This document shows, piece after piece, positions 31,736-41,685 of a DNA stretch of 64,000 nt; the first letter of the stretch is position 1, and each line of letters opens with the position of its first letter. The notes under the pieces are model-generated. The model had not been told where the DNA came from and did not search any database. It saw nothing but the letters and a program-made list of their open reading frames with translations. This DNA comes from an uncultured delta proteobacterium. GTDB lineage: Bacteria; Myxococcota_A; UBA9160; SZUA-336. Position numbers and translations under genes: made by a program. The stretch is from the NCBI GenBank assembly GCA_963704165.1, contig CAVPHD010000001.1:448001-512000 (forward strand), read 5' to 3'.

Positions 31736-31988
31736 GAAAGACCTCCGTCGTACGGTGAATCCGATCGAGTGTGTCGAGGTTCCCCGCTCGGGGGCTGCTG
31801 GATGCGGGAGGACGTGTTGGGCCAAGCGACATTGCCCCGCGTCACCCTTGTCCTCCCGGACGTCATTTCGTCCGTTCTTCCAATTATCACGGTACGCCCG
31901 ATTTGCGTCCCGGAGCCAGCCGCTCGCCCGCGTATTCCGCGGAACGGCCTGACCGGGATCCCGCGGGCGTCCTCCGAAGGGATCTTCC

Positions 31989-33731
31989 ATGAGAAACGAA
32001 ATCTTTGTGAACGTCGGCCCGCGCGAGACGCGGGTCGCCGTCCGCGAGTCCGACAAGATCGTCGAACTCCACATCGAACGCACCAACGAGCGCGGGGTCG
32101 CCGGGGGCATCTACAAAGGTAGGGTGACCCGCGTCCTGCCCGGGATGCAGGCCGCATTCGTCGACATCGGGCTCGCTCGCGCGGGATTCCTGTACGTCGG
32201 CGACTTCCGATCCGAGATGGACGACGCCGACCTCGACGACGAGAGCGGCGGCGGGCGCTCGCGACGACGCTCAGGGCCACCACCCCAGATCGAGGACGTG
32301 CTCCAAGAGGGCAACGAGGTCGTGGTCCAGGTCTCGAAGGAGCCATTGGGCACGAAGGGCGCGCGGATCACCTCGCGCATCTCGATCCCCGGCCGGCACC
32401 TGGTGCTCATGCCCTGGGTCTCGCGGGTGGGCGTTTCGCGGAGGATCGAGGGGGACCGCGAGCGCCGGCGTCTGCGGGCGATCGTCGAGAAGTACCGGCC
32501 GGGTGAGCTCGGCTTCATCGTGCGCACGGTTTCGCACGGCGTTTCCGAGGCCGACATCAAGGCCGACATCGACTACCTGACGAACCTCTGGACCGAGATC
32601 CAGAAGCGAAAGGAAGCGATCCGCGACGTTCCCGCGCTGATCCACAGCGAGCCACCGCTGCACCTGCGCGTGCTGCGCGACATGGCGTCGCACGAGACCA
32701 AGATGATCGTGGTCGACGATCCGGATGCCTACGGCGACATGCAGGCGTTCGTGCAGCGATTCATGGCTTCACCGCGACCGCGAATCAACTACTACAGCCA
32801 CCCGCAGCCGCTCTTCGACGCCTGGAAGATCGAGAACGAGATCGAAGAGGGGCTCGGACGCAAGGTCTGGCTGAAGTCCGGCGGCTACCTGATCTTCGAC
32901 CAGGGCGAGGCGCTGACGGCCGTCGACGTGAACACGGGCCGCTACACGGGCGGCCGTGGCCGCAACCTCGAGGACACGATCCTCAAGACCAATCTCGAAG
33001 CGGTTCGCGAGATCGTCCACCAGCTGCGATTCCGCAATCTCGGCGGGCTGATCATCCTGGACCTGATCGACATGGAGAGCGCGGCGAACCGCGACAAGGT
33101 CTATCGCGCTCTCTCCGAGGCTCTTCGCGAGGACAAGGCCAAGGTCAACATCCTGAAGATCTCCGAGCTCGGCTTGATCGAGATGACGCGCAAGCGCACG
33201 CGCGAGAGTCTCGGCCAGCAGCTCTGTGACTCGTGCCCGACCTGCGAGGGCAAGGGCTATCTGCAATCGAGCCAGACGGTCGCGAATCGCGTCTTCCGAG
33301 ATCTACCCAAGGCCGCGACCTACCTGCACGGCGCGACTCTGCGGGTTCAAGCGCACCCGAGCGTGACGCAGATCCTGCTCGGCGAAGCGATCGAGGGCCT
33401 GGCGAAGGTGCAGGCGAGGATCGGCCGCGAACTCGTCGTCGAGGCGATGCCGTCGATGCAACCGGAGCAGTACGAGATCATCTCCGAGGGACCGCGCGTG
33501 GAGCTCCTGTCCGCAGTGGCTTCCGAGAGCGACCTCAGCTTCGAGATCCCGCCCGAGGCGATCGCGAACGACGAGGACTTCGCCGAGGACGAAATGAAGA
33601 CCGACGATCTCGACTCATCGAGCGTCGCAGATCCGGACGTCGATCCCGAGGTCGAGTCCGAGGTCGACGTCGGGGTGGCGATCGACGCACCCATCGCAGC
33701 ATCCGAGGACGACGACTTCCCGAAAGCCTGA
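31989..33731 (+). CDS. rng: Ribonuclease E/G family protein with an acidic C-terminal tail
   Basis: S1 domain IYKGRVTRVLPGMQAAFVDIG, KEPLGTKGAR, DVNTG, DLIDM, EMTRKR, CPTCEG. Confidence 0.93.
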   Translation: MRNEIFVNVGPRETRVAVRESDKIVELHIERTNERGVAGGIYKGRVTRVLPGMQAAFVDIGLARAGFLYVGDFRSEMDDADLDDESGGGRSRRRSGPPPQIEDVLQEGNEVVVQVSKEPLGTKGARITSRISIPGRHLVLMPWVSRVGVSRRIEGDRERRRLRAIVEKYRPGELGFIVRTVSHGVSEADIKADIDYLTNLWTEIQKRKEAIRDVPALIHSEPPLHLRVLRDMASHETKMIVVDDPDAYGDMQAFVQRFMASPRPRINYYSHPQPLFDAWKIENEIEEGLGRKVWLKSGGYLIFDQGEALTAVDVNTGRYTGGRGRNLEDTILKTNLEAVREIVHQLRFRNLGGLIILDLIDMESAANRDKVYRALSEALREDKAKVNILKISELGLIEMTRKRTRESLGQQLCDSCPTCEGKGYLQSSQTVANRVFRDLPKAATYLHGATLRVQAHPSVTQILLGEAIEGLAKVQARIGRELVVEAMPSMQPEQYEIISEGPRVELLSAVASESDLSFEIPPEAIANDEDFAEDEMKTDDLDSSSVADPDVDPEVESEVDVGVAIDAPIAASEDDDFPKA

Positions 33732-33745
33732 GAGCGCGAGCGTCG

Positions 33746-34657
33746 TCAGCGCCTTCGGCTCGAGGATGGACCGCTTTCGCTGAGCCCCGCGCGTCGCAAC
33801 GCGCGGCGCAGCTCGTCGGCAAAACCGAGCGCCGGCTCGCGCGCGAGCGCAGCCGCACGTCCGACGAGCTGGATCGGTCGACGCAAGCCCGGCTCGGGTA
33901 GCTCGACGAGCGTCGCGCTGGGAATTCCGAGCGCGATCGCCAGCGATCGCGGTACCAATCCATGGCCGAAGCCCGCGCGCGCGAGCTGAACCGCGGCGGT
34001 GTAGGACTGGATGGTGGCGTCGATCTCCAGGCGGATTCCGCGCTCTCGCGCGAGGCGCGATAGAGGTGCACGCAACGCTCGGCCCGTGGCGGACCCGGCT
34101 TCGATCGACAGAACCGAGAGCTCGCTTCCGCGCCGAAGCGAGATCTTCTCGAGATTCGAGGGAACGATCACCATCGCCTCCTCGAAGAGCGTCTCGCGGG
34201 CGAGCTCACCTGCAGCGACCTCGATGCCCGCGACGATCGCGAGCATGTACTCACCGGAGCGCACCAGGTCGACCGCGACGGGACTGCGGTGCGCATTGAG
34301 ACGGAAGCGGATGTCCGGGCGCCGGTCGCGAACCTCGGCGAGCACGCGAGGCCCCCAGCTGGCGAGAATCGAATCGGAAACCCCCACGACCAGCCAACCT
34401 CCACTCGCAGAGCGCTCACCGGCGACGGCCTGCCGGAGCTCCGCGAGCAGCGGCCGCGCGCGTTCGAGCAGCCGTTCGGCGGTCGGCGTGAGGCGAACGC
34501 GCCGGCCGGTGCGCTCGCGGAGGCGCGCGCCGACGCGGGCCTCGAGCGCGTCGAGGCGCTTCGTCACCGCCGATTGCGAAATGCGCAGCCGCGTGGCCGC
34601 GCTGCGCATGGTTCCGTGCTCCGAGAGCGCGGCGAGAGCCTCGATCTGATCGATCAT
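33746..34657 (-). CDS. LysR-family transcriptional regulator
   Basis: HTH AATRLRISQSAVTKRLDALEARVG; divergent from the TauE gene. Confidence 0.9.
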   Translation of the reverse strand: MIDQIEALAALSEHGTMRSAATRLRISQSAVTKRLDALEARVGARLRERTGRRVRLTPTAERLLERARPLLAELRQAVAGERSASGGWLVVGVSDSILASWGPRVLAEVRDRRPDIRFRLNAHRSPVAVDLVRSGEYMLAIVAGIEVAAGELARETLFEEAMVIVPSNLEKISLRRGSELSVLSIEAGSATGRALRAPLSRLARERGIRLEIDATIQSYTAAVQLARAGFGHGLVPRSLAIALGIPSATLVELPEPGLRRPIQLVGRAAALAREPALGFADELRRALRRAGLSESGPSSSRRR

Positions 34658-34748
34658 GATCCAGTCCTTTCTCGACTCGATTCGATCAATCCTATTCCCT
34701 TTTCTTCATCCTGGTGCGAGGCGAGAGTTCGGGAAACGGAGGCTGGAC

Positions 34749-35507
34749 ATGGATCTCCTGGCTGCACTCATCATCGTCGTCGCGTTCGCAACGTCGGTGG
34801 TCTCCGCCGTCCTCGGCATGGCGGGCGGCATGATCCTGATGGGCGTCTACGCGATCACACTTCCGGTGCAGGTCGCCATGATCCTCCACGGAGTGACCCA
34901 GCTCTTCGCGAACGGATTCCGTGCGTACCTGCTGCGCGATCGCATCTACGCCGCCGGGCTTCTCTGGTACGGGCTCGGGGCGTCGACGGCGTTCGCGTTC
35001 TTCACCTGGCTTGCGCTCGTCGTCTCGGGGCCGGTGCTCTTCCTGGTTCTCGGGGCGATTCCGCTCACGCTCTCACTCGTGCCGCGGCGCTTCGCTCCGC
35101 GCTTCGAGAAGCCCGTCTCCGCCTCGTCTTGCGGCGTACTCGTCACGGCCGCGCATCTCCTCGTAGGTGTATCCGGGCCACTTCTCGACGTCTTCTTCGT
35201 GCGCGCCGAGCTCGACCGCTTCGAGGTGATCGCGACGAAGGCCGTCACGCAGACCGCCGGCCACGCGCTGAAGATCCTCTACTTCGCTGCGCTCGTTCCG
35301 GGACCGGAGATCGAGATCGAACTGCCGATCTGGATCTACCCGGCGCTCGTCGCGTGCGCCTATCTCGGCACGAGGGTCGGCGGACGAATCCTCGATTCCC
35401 TCTCCGAGGCGAACTTCCGGCGATGGACGGGGCGAGTCGTGATCGCCCTGTCCCTTCTCTACGTGTGGCGCGGGGCGTCCGGGTTGGGCCTGCCGGTGCC
35501 GTGGTAG
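34749..35507 (+). CDS. Sulfite exporter TauE/SafE family membrane protein
   Basis: SAVLGMAGG, HGVTQ, VGVSGP; multiple transmembrane segments. Confidence 0.82.
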   Translation: MDLLAALIIVVAFATSVVSAVLGMAGGMILMGVYAITLPVQVAMILHGVTQLFANGFRAYLLRDRIYAAGLLWYGLGASTAFAFFTWLALVVSGPVLFLVLGAIPLTLSLVPRRFAPRFEKPVSASSCGVLVTAAHLLVGVSGPLLDVFFVRAELDRFEVIATKAVTQTAGHALKILYFAALVPGPEIEIELPIWIYPALVACAYLGTRVGGRILDSLSEANFRRWTGRVVIALSLLYVWRGASGLGLPVPW

Positions 35508-35517
35508 CCTGCGTGCC

Positions 35518-36900
35518 GTGTCCACCGCGCCGGTTCCATCCGATCCAGAAGCTCCTCGCGCTGCACCCGTAGAGCAGGACCGCCTGTCGTGGGCGGCGAT
35601 CTTCGACTACGTGGCGCCGACCTTCGGCCTCGGCTTCATGTTCCTGCTGCTCTCGATCTACATCCTGAAATTCGCCACCGACGTCCTCGGGATGTCGGCT
35701 GCGGTGATGGGCATGATCCTGCTCCTCGGCCGTGGTCTCGATGCGTTCGTCGACCCGATCGTCGGCTACCTTTCGGATCGCACCAAGACGCGTCTTGGCC
35801 GACGACGTCCATGGCTGCTCGCATCGATGGTTCCGCTCGGACTGACGTTCGTCCTGATCTGGATTCCACCGCGCGACCTCAGCCCCGGGATGATGACCGT
35901 GTGGATGGCCGTCACGGTCGTCGCCTTCTATTTCGCGACGAGCGTGCTCATCATCCCGCACACGGCGCTCGGGGCGGAGCTCACCGACAGCTATCACGAC
36001 CGAACGCGCATCTTCGGGGGGCGCCACGCCGGCTGGATCATCGGCTCGTTCGCGGCGATCGGCGGCCTGCTCGCGCTCGACCGCTCGACGGACGTGCGCG
36101 CCACCGCATTCGAGCTCGCGCTCGGTGCGGGGATCATCACCGCGATGCTGATCCTGTGGACGTCCTGGCGGCTTCGCGAACGTCCCGAGTACCAGGGGCG
36201 CGGCTCGGATCACCCCTTTCGCGCGTTCGGAGACGTTTGGCGCAATCCCCACGCTCGGCTTCTCCTGCTCGTGTTCGGGATCGAGAGCCTCGGTGCTGCG
36301 ACCATCGGCATCCTGACGCCGTACGTCGCGCAGTACGTCGTGAACCGAGGCGACCTCGGGCCCGCGGTGATCGGTGTCTACATGCTCGCGAGCTTCGCAT
36401 TCGTACCGGTCTGGCTTCCGCTTTCGCGGCGCTTCGGCAAGAAATCGCTCTGGCTCGCGTCGATGCTGCTGACCGCGGTGTCGTTCGGCGCGATGTTCTT
36501 CCTGGCCGAAGACACGGTCGTGCTGATGACGGTACTCGCGATCGGCGCCGGCACCGCGGCGAGCTGCGGCGCGATGTTGGGCCCATCGATCCAAGCGGAC
36601 GTGATCGACTGGGACGAGCACGCGACCGGCGAGCGCAAAGAAGGCGCCTACTTCGCGGCCTGGAACTTCGTCTTCAAGATCGCCACCGGGATCACTCAGG
36701 CGCTGACCGGCTTCGTCCTGACGTTCTCTGGCTACCTGCCGAACGTCGAACAGACGCCGGCGGTGAAGACGACGATCCTCGCGCTCTACGGGCTCTTTCC
36801 GATGGCCTGCTACCTGATCGGAGCGCTGATGTTCGCGCGATTCAAGCTCGACGAGGCGGGCTACGCGGTCATTCGCAGCGACCTGGACGCGAGGCGATGA
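35518..36900 (+). CDS. MFS transporter, GPH (glycoside-pentoside-hexuronide) family
   Basis: DAFVDPIVGYLSDRTKTRLGRRRPW, PHTALGAEL, DVIDWDE..TGERKEG. Confidence 0.92.
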   Translation: MSTAPVPSDPEAPRAAPVEQDRLSWAAIFDYVAPTFGLGFMFLLLSIYILKFATDVLGMSAAVMGMILLLGRGLDAFVDPIVGYLSDRTKTRLGRRRPWLLASMVPLGLTFVLIWIPPRDLSPGMMTVWMAVTVVAFYFATSVLIIPHTALGAELTDSYHDRTRIFGGRHAGWIIGSFAAIGGLLALDRSTDVRATAFELALGAGIITAMLILWTSWRLRERPEYQGRGSDHPFRAFGDVWRNPHARLLLLVFGIESLGAATIGILTPYVAQYVVNRGDLGPAVIGVYMLASFAFVPVWLPLSRRFGKKSLWLASMLLTAVSFGAMFFLAEDTVVLMTVLAIGAGTAASCGAMLGPSIQADVIDWDEHATGERKEGAYFAAWNFVFKIATGITQALTGFVLTFSGYLPNVEQTPAVKTTILALYGLFPMACYLIGALMFARFKLDEAGYAVIRSDLDARR

Positions 36901-36904
36901 GGCG

Positions 36905-37885
36905 CTAGCGACAGCGAACGGTGTCGATGCGTCGCCGATCGCCCTGACCGCGGACCTCGATGCGGTACTGGGGCTCGAAGCCGAGCATGTCGTGGGCGAG
37001 TCGCGCGTTGACGACGATTCCGTAGCGGTGGAACGTGGTCGTGTGTGAGCGTCGGCGGCCGAGGGCTTGCTCGACGAGCGAGATCGCGCCCCCGAGCGCC
37101 GCAGGAAGTGCAATCGGTCCGAGATGCCGCACGCTCTCGCGCAGCTGAGAGCGCGGAAAGATCTCGTGCCCCGCGATGTTGTAGATCCCGGGACGGTCGG
37201 CGTGAAGCGCGAGCAGGAGCGAGCGAGCGACGTCGCGCTCCGAAACCACGGAGAACATCGGGTCGTAGCCGACCGCTGCCTCGCCGTGCAAGAGCGGCGG
37301 CGAGTTCAAGAACTCGCCCGACTCGGTCACGATCGTCGCCGCACGCAGGATCGTGGTCCGAAGCGCGGAGCCGTGCAGCTCTCCCTGGCAGATCAGGTCC
37401 GCATCGATCCACGCGCGGACCTCGGCATCCCCCTCGCCGTCGAAGCCGAGCAGCTGGTTCTCCGAGACGAGATTCACGTTGCCCGGCTCTGCGCTGTACA
37501 CGAAGACGCTCGACAGGTAGACGAATCGCTCGATCGCAGGGCGCGAAGCGCACTCCTCGACGAGTCGGCGCGTCTCCGAAACGAGCGAAGGCACGCCGCC
37601 CGGCACGCGTTCCCCCGGCCGCTCGATCGCGAACGGCAGATGGATCACCGAGTCCACGCGCGCGCGCGCGAAGCGCTCCGAATGCAGGAAGCTCTGGAGA
37701 TGCCGTGCCTTCGCGAGATCGAGCCGCTGGTAGGCGACCTTCCCGCGGTAGGGAGCCAGAAACGAGGGCTCGGCTTCGGTGCCGACGCCGACCACGAGGG
37801 CGACGTCGGGGTCGTGGAAGAGCGCCTTCGCGAGGCGACGTCCAATCGGGGATTCGATGTGTGTGACGAGCACTCGGCGCATCAC
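36905..37885 (-). CDS. Extended SDR / epimerase-like protein with degenerate motifs
   Basis: RVLVT..S.IG, VIHL, FVYLSSVFVY, GIYNIAG; GxxGxxG and YxxxK not found. Confidence 0.75.
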   Translation of the reverse strand: MMRRVLVTHIESPIGRRLAKALFHDPDVALVVGVGTEAEPSFLAPYRGKVAYQRLDLAKARHLQSFLHSERFARARVDSVIHLPFAIERPGERVPGGVPSLVSETRRLVEECASRPAIERFVYLSSVFVYSAEPGNVNLVSENQLLGFDGEGDAEVRAWIDADLICQGELHGSALRTTILRAATIVTESGEFLNSPPLLHGEAAVGYDPMFSVVSERDVARSLLLALHADRPGIYNIAGHEIFPRSQLRESVRHLGPIALPAALGGAISLVEQALGRRRSHTTTFHRYGIVVNARLAHDMLGFEPQYRIEVRGQGDRRRIDTVRCR

Positions 37886-38973
37886 GCCCTCTTCGCGCGC
37901 CGCGCGATCACGCGCTGGTCGACCATCTCCTGGATGCGACGGCGCACCTGCTCGGCCAGATAACGAACGGCATGCGGATCGTCCGCGGTCTCCGCGGAGA
38001 ACTCCTCATGGAAGCGGAACGGCTCGCCGTAGGCGATCTCGTAGCGGACGGGGTAGGGCAACAACCCTAGCGGCCCGAGCAGCGGGAACGTCGGAGTGAT
38101 CGGGAAGAACGGGAGACCGAGCAGCTTGGCGAGCGGCTGTGCGTCCCAGAGCAGCGGGGCCTGGTCGTCGGCGCCGACGATCGCGACGGGAATGATCGGC
38201 ACGCGATGGCGCAGGGACTCCTCGACGAAGCCGAGGTGAAACGACTGGAGCACGTAGCGATCGGCCGCGCGTTTGCGGATTCCCGCCATGCCCTCCGGGA
38301 AGATCAAGACCAGCTGCTTCGCGTCGAGGAGCTCGCGCACGTTGTCCCGGGTTCCGATCACCTGTCCCACGCGCGCGTAGAAGACGTTCACGAACGGAAG
38401 CGAGCCGGCCCAGCGATCGACCACCGTGCGAATCAAACGGGGTGGCTCACCGGCGAGAATGCCGTCGGCCACCACCATCGAGGCATCGAAGGGGAGGAGC
38501 CCGCCGTGATTCGCGGCGAGGATCGCGCCTTCCTTCTCCGGAATCACGCCGTGGCCGGAGCTCTCGACGCGGAACCAGTACTTGTAGAGCAGCTTGAAGA
38601 ACGCGAGCGCTCGTCTCGCGACGCGCGGCGACATGCCGAATTCGTCGTACGACCGACCGTCGAGCCGGCCGAAGATCCGCGCGAGCCGATCGTCGTCGCT
38701 GCGCGTGAGCATCCAGCTCGCGAGGCGATCGAGCGAACCCGCCGACTCGTCGAGGTCTTCGAAACTCGGCAGCTCCGGGATCGGCGGACCCAGGTCCGGG
38801 GGTTCGGACGGGCCCGGTTTCACGCTTCTCGGCGGAACGGTCCGAGTCTCGATCACCACGCGCATGCTCGTCTCGCGCAGGCGAATCAGGTACGGAAGCG
38901 TGCCGTCGCTCTGCGAGAACGGATCGCTCCCGAGCGCGGGACCCCCCGTGGCGACGGCGTCGTCCGTGCTCAC
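37882..38973 (-). CDS. Lysophospholipid acyltransferase family protein
   Basis: YDEFG, ANHGGLLPFD (HxxxxxD), IFPEG, VPIIPVAIVG. Confidence 0.9.
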   Translation of the reverse strand: MSTDDAVATGGPALGSDPFSQSDGTLPYLIRLRETSMRVVIETRTVPPRSVKPGPSEPPDLGPPIPELPSFEDLDESAGSLDRLASWMLTRSDDDRLARIFGRLDGRSYDEFGMSPRVARRALAFFKLLYKYWFRVESSGHGVIPEKEGAILAANHGGLLPFDASMVVADGILAGEPPRLIRTVVDRWAGSLPFVNVFYARVGQVIGTRDNVRELLDAKQLVLIFPEGMAGIRKRAADRYVLQSFHLGFVEESLRHRVPIIPVAIVGADDQAPLLWDAQPLAKLLGLPFFPITPTFPLLGPLGLLPYPVRYEIAYGEPFRFHEEFSAETADDPHAVRYLAEQVRRRIQEMVDQRVIARRAKRA

Positions 38974-39848
38974 GATCGAAACCTCGCGGGCTCGCGCGCG
39001 AGCAATTCGTCGGCGACCGCGGCCATCCAGCGAGCGGCGGTCGAGCGCGGAGCGTACTCGAAGATCGTCTTCGCGCGGCTCTGCGCCTCGTCGATCAACA
39101 CGGAGTAGCCGAGAACCGTCTGCGCGATCTGCTTCGGGAAATGCTGTCTCAGCTTCTCGAGGATCTCCGCTGCCATCCGCGTGTTGCGATGAAACGTCGG
39201 AACGACGAGGGAGATCTCGAGTGCAGGATGCGCGAACCTCGTCCTCACCATTTCGACGGTTCGCACCAGCTCCGCCGCACCGTCGAGGGCGAGGTAGGTG
39301 AGCGGCACCGGCAGGACGATCTCGTTCGCCGCGAGCAGAGCGTTCAGCGTTACGACGCCGAACGAGGGCGGCGCGTCGAAGAGCACGAAGTCGTACGCGG
39401 GTGCGCGCTCCAGCGCGTCGCGCAGACAGTGATTCTCGTCACCCTCGTGTCCGGCCGCCTCCTGCGGGAAGAGCGCGAGCGACTTGTTCGACGGGATGAT
39501 GTCGAGATTCGGATGGCGCGCGCGGATGATCGGCAGCGCCGGACGCGTCTCCTCGCCGAGCAGCGAGTCGAGCAGAAGATTCAGGGCCGTACGCCGTGCC
39601 GCACCCACGTCGACACCGAGCACCTTGCCGAGCTGGCCCTGGGGATCGAGATCGATCAGCAAGACCCGCTTGCCGTGCTCGCGAGCCAGGTAGTCCCCGA
39701 CGCTGGACGTGAGCGTCGTCTTGCAGCTGCCGCCCTTCTCGTTGATGAAGGCGATGCGTCGCGCGATGGCTGCTTTCCCCCCGCGGACCGCAGACACCGA
39801 CGCTGCGCCCCACGAGCCCTTGGTATTCCTTGAAGGGGAGCCTGTCAA
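38970..39848 (-). CDS. Orphan ParA-family ATPase
   Basis: NEKGGSCKTT, IDLDPQG, DAPPS, NALLAA, EAQS; no adjacent parB. Confidence 0.9.
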   Translation of the reverse strand: MTGSPSRNTKGSWGAASVSAVRGGKAAIARRIAFINEKGGSCKTTLTSSVGDYLAREHGKRVLLIDLDPQGQLGKVLGVDVGAARRTALNLLLDSLLGEETRPALPIIRARHPNLDIIPSNKSLALFPQEAAGHEGDENHCLRDALERAPAYDFVLFDAPPSFGVVTLNALLAANEIVLPVPLTYLALDGAAELVRTVEMVRTRFAHPALEISLVVPTFHRNTRMAAEILEKLRQHFPKQIAQTVLGYSVLIDEAQSRAKTIFEYAPRSTAARWMAAVADELLAREPARFRS

Positions 39849-40654
39849 TCATTCCGCGTCGAACGCTCGAGTCGAGCGCGAAGCGGAGCCGCGACATTCG
39901 CCGTGTGTGCGAGTCGAACTGGGGTGATCGACACCCGACCGCTCCGCACGACGGAGAGGTCCGTGAGCATTCCGACACCGTCGGAGTCGCGCAGCGCTCC
40001 GTCGAAATCGTGCACGTACAGACCTTCGGCCTTGCGGCGAAACAGTCGGTCGTAGCCGACGGCAGCGAGTTCGGTCACGACGCGCGGCGTCTCGATGTCG
40101 GCCTCGATCGGGTAGTTCACCGAGAGCAGGTCGACCCCTTCGGGAAATCCCTCGTCTCGTACGCAGCGGACGACGTCGGCCCCGACGCTCGCGGCGCGTC
40201 GCCAGATCGGATCGTCGGGATTGCCGACCGCGTCGCGCTTCCACGCGCGGTCCTCGCCCGGTCGGCCGATCGAGAGCGCGATCGCGGGAATGCCAGCGAT
40301 CCAGCCTTCCATGGCCGCACCGACCGTGCCGCTCGACAGAAAGAAGCCGAGCCCGACATTCAGACCGATGTTCACGCCCGAGACGACCAGCTCCGGCGGC
40401 TCGTCGAAGAGCGAGTGCACGGCGAGATTGGTGCAGTCCGCCGGGAAGCCGCGGACCGCAACGACCTCGATCCCTTCGCGCTCGCTTCGCGCCACGCGAA
40501 GCTCGTCCCACCGCGAGATCGCCTTTCCGATCCAGCTGCGCTCACCGTCGGGGACGACCACACGCACGCGACCGAGCCGTGCCAGCTCGCGGGCGAGCGG
40601 CATGAGCGCGGGTGAATCGATTCCATCATCGTTCGTGACCAGGATGTAGGACAC
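39845..40654 (-). CDS. surE: 5'/3'-nucleotidase SurE
   Basis: ILVTNDDG, GFPADC, SGVNIG, SGTVGAA, SITP. Confidence 0.92.
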   Translation of the reverse strand: MSYILVTNDDGIDSPALMPLARELARLGRVRVVVPDGERSWIGKAISRWDELRVARSEREGIEVVAVRGFPADCTNLAVHSLFDEPPELVVSGVNIGLNVGLGFFLSSGTVGAAMEGWIAGIPAIALSIGRPGEDRAWKRDAVGNPDDPIWRRAASVGADVVRCVRDEGFPEGVDLLSVNYPIEADIETPRVVTELAAVGYDRLFRRKAEGLYVHDFDGALRDSDGVGMLTDLSVVRSGRVSITPVRLAHTANVAAPLRARLERSTRND

Positions 40655-40694
40655 CGTGCGGCAGGATAGCCCGCGCGCCGGTACGATTCCCTCG

Positions 40695-41312
40695 ATGGCC
40701 GACCCGACCGACGAGCCGCTCGACCTCGCTCGGATTCGCACGAGGATCGAGGCGCATCGCCCCGCTCTCGTAGCGCCTCTCGGCGAGCCGACGCTGCTAG
40801 CCGCAGTCGCCTTGGTCTTCCATCAGCCACCCGGAGGCGAGCCCGAGCTCCTGTTCATCGAGCGCGCGCGAAAAGAGGGTGATCCCTGGTCGGGACAGAT
40901 GGCGTTCCCGGGTGGGCGACGCGATCCGACCGATTCCGACATCGCGGCAACCGCGGCTCGCGAGGCGCTCGAAGAGGTGGGCGTGGAGGTCGGAATCCCG
41001 TTCGGGCGTCTCGACGATTTCTCGGGCAGCCGGAACCCGCGCGTGCCTCCTCTGGTCGTCTCGCCGTTCGTCTACGAGGCGCCCGAGCGGCCGCAGCTTC
41101 GGCCGAACGCGGAGGTCCAATCGACGGTCTGGATCCCGGTTCCGTGGATCCTGCACCCGGATTCGTCGTACGACTATCGCTTCGAACGTCCCGAGTACGC
41201 CGGTACGTTCCCCGCCATCCGCTACGACCGCTACACCGTCTGGGGTCTCACGTACCGAATCCTCGGCAACTTGTTCTCGGTACTCGGACGCGAGCTCAAA
41301 TCGGCGGAGTGA
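40695..41312 (+). CDS. Nudix CoA pyrophosphatase
   Basis: WSGQMAFPGG, AAREALEEVG, VWGLT. Confidence 0.9.
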   Translation: MADPTDEPLDLARIRTRIEAHRPALVAPLGEPTLLAAVALVFHQPPGGEPELLFIERARKEGDPWSGQMAFPGGRRDPTDSDIAATAAREALEEVGVEVGIPFGRLDDFSGSRNPRVPPLVVSPFVYEAPERPQLRPNAEVQSTVWIPVPWILHPDSSYDYRFERPEYAGTFPAIRYDRYTVWGLTYRILGNLFSVLGRELKSAE

Positions 41313-41685
41313 CGCTGGGCGCGAAGACCCGAAACGACGCGATCGTCTGGGCGACGATCGCTGCGACCGCGAGCAGACCGGGGCGTCGTGCGCCCTCGGC
41401 CCAATAGCGCCGCGCGTACACGCTCGCGACGACGAAGTTCACGTACGGGATCAGCGCCGTCGCGGTGAACAGAAGGCCCCAGCCGAAGCTCCTGCGCGCG
41501 GCGAGAATCCAAAGCCAGAGACCCGCGGTCAGCAGCGCGCCCAGGCTCGCGCAGAGAAGCAGCAGGTCGACGGACCGGACGCCCATGTCGCTCATCGAAA
41601 CGATCAAGACCGAGGTCGACATGCCGAACGCGAGCCACAGAACCGCCTGCCAGGTTTCGGACAGATCGTGCTGGCTCGGAATCAC
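41296..41685 (-). CDS. Small integral membrane hypothetical protein
   Basis: About four hydrophobic segments; GTGA overlap with the upstream gene. Confidence 0.65.
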   Translation of the reverse strand: MIPSQHDLSETWQAVLWLAFGMSTSVLIVSMSDMGVRSVDLLLLCASLGALLTAGLWLWILAARRSFGWGLLFTATALIPYVNFVVASVYARRYWAEGARRPGLLAVAAIVAQTIASFRVFAPSVTPPI

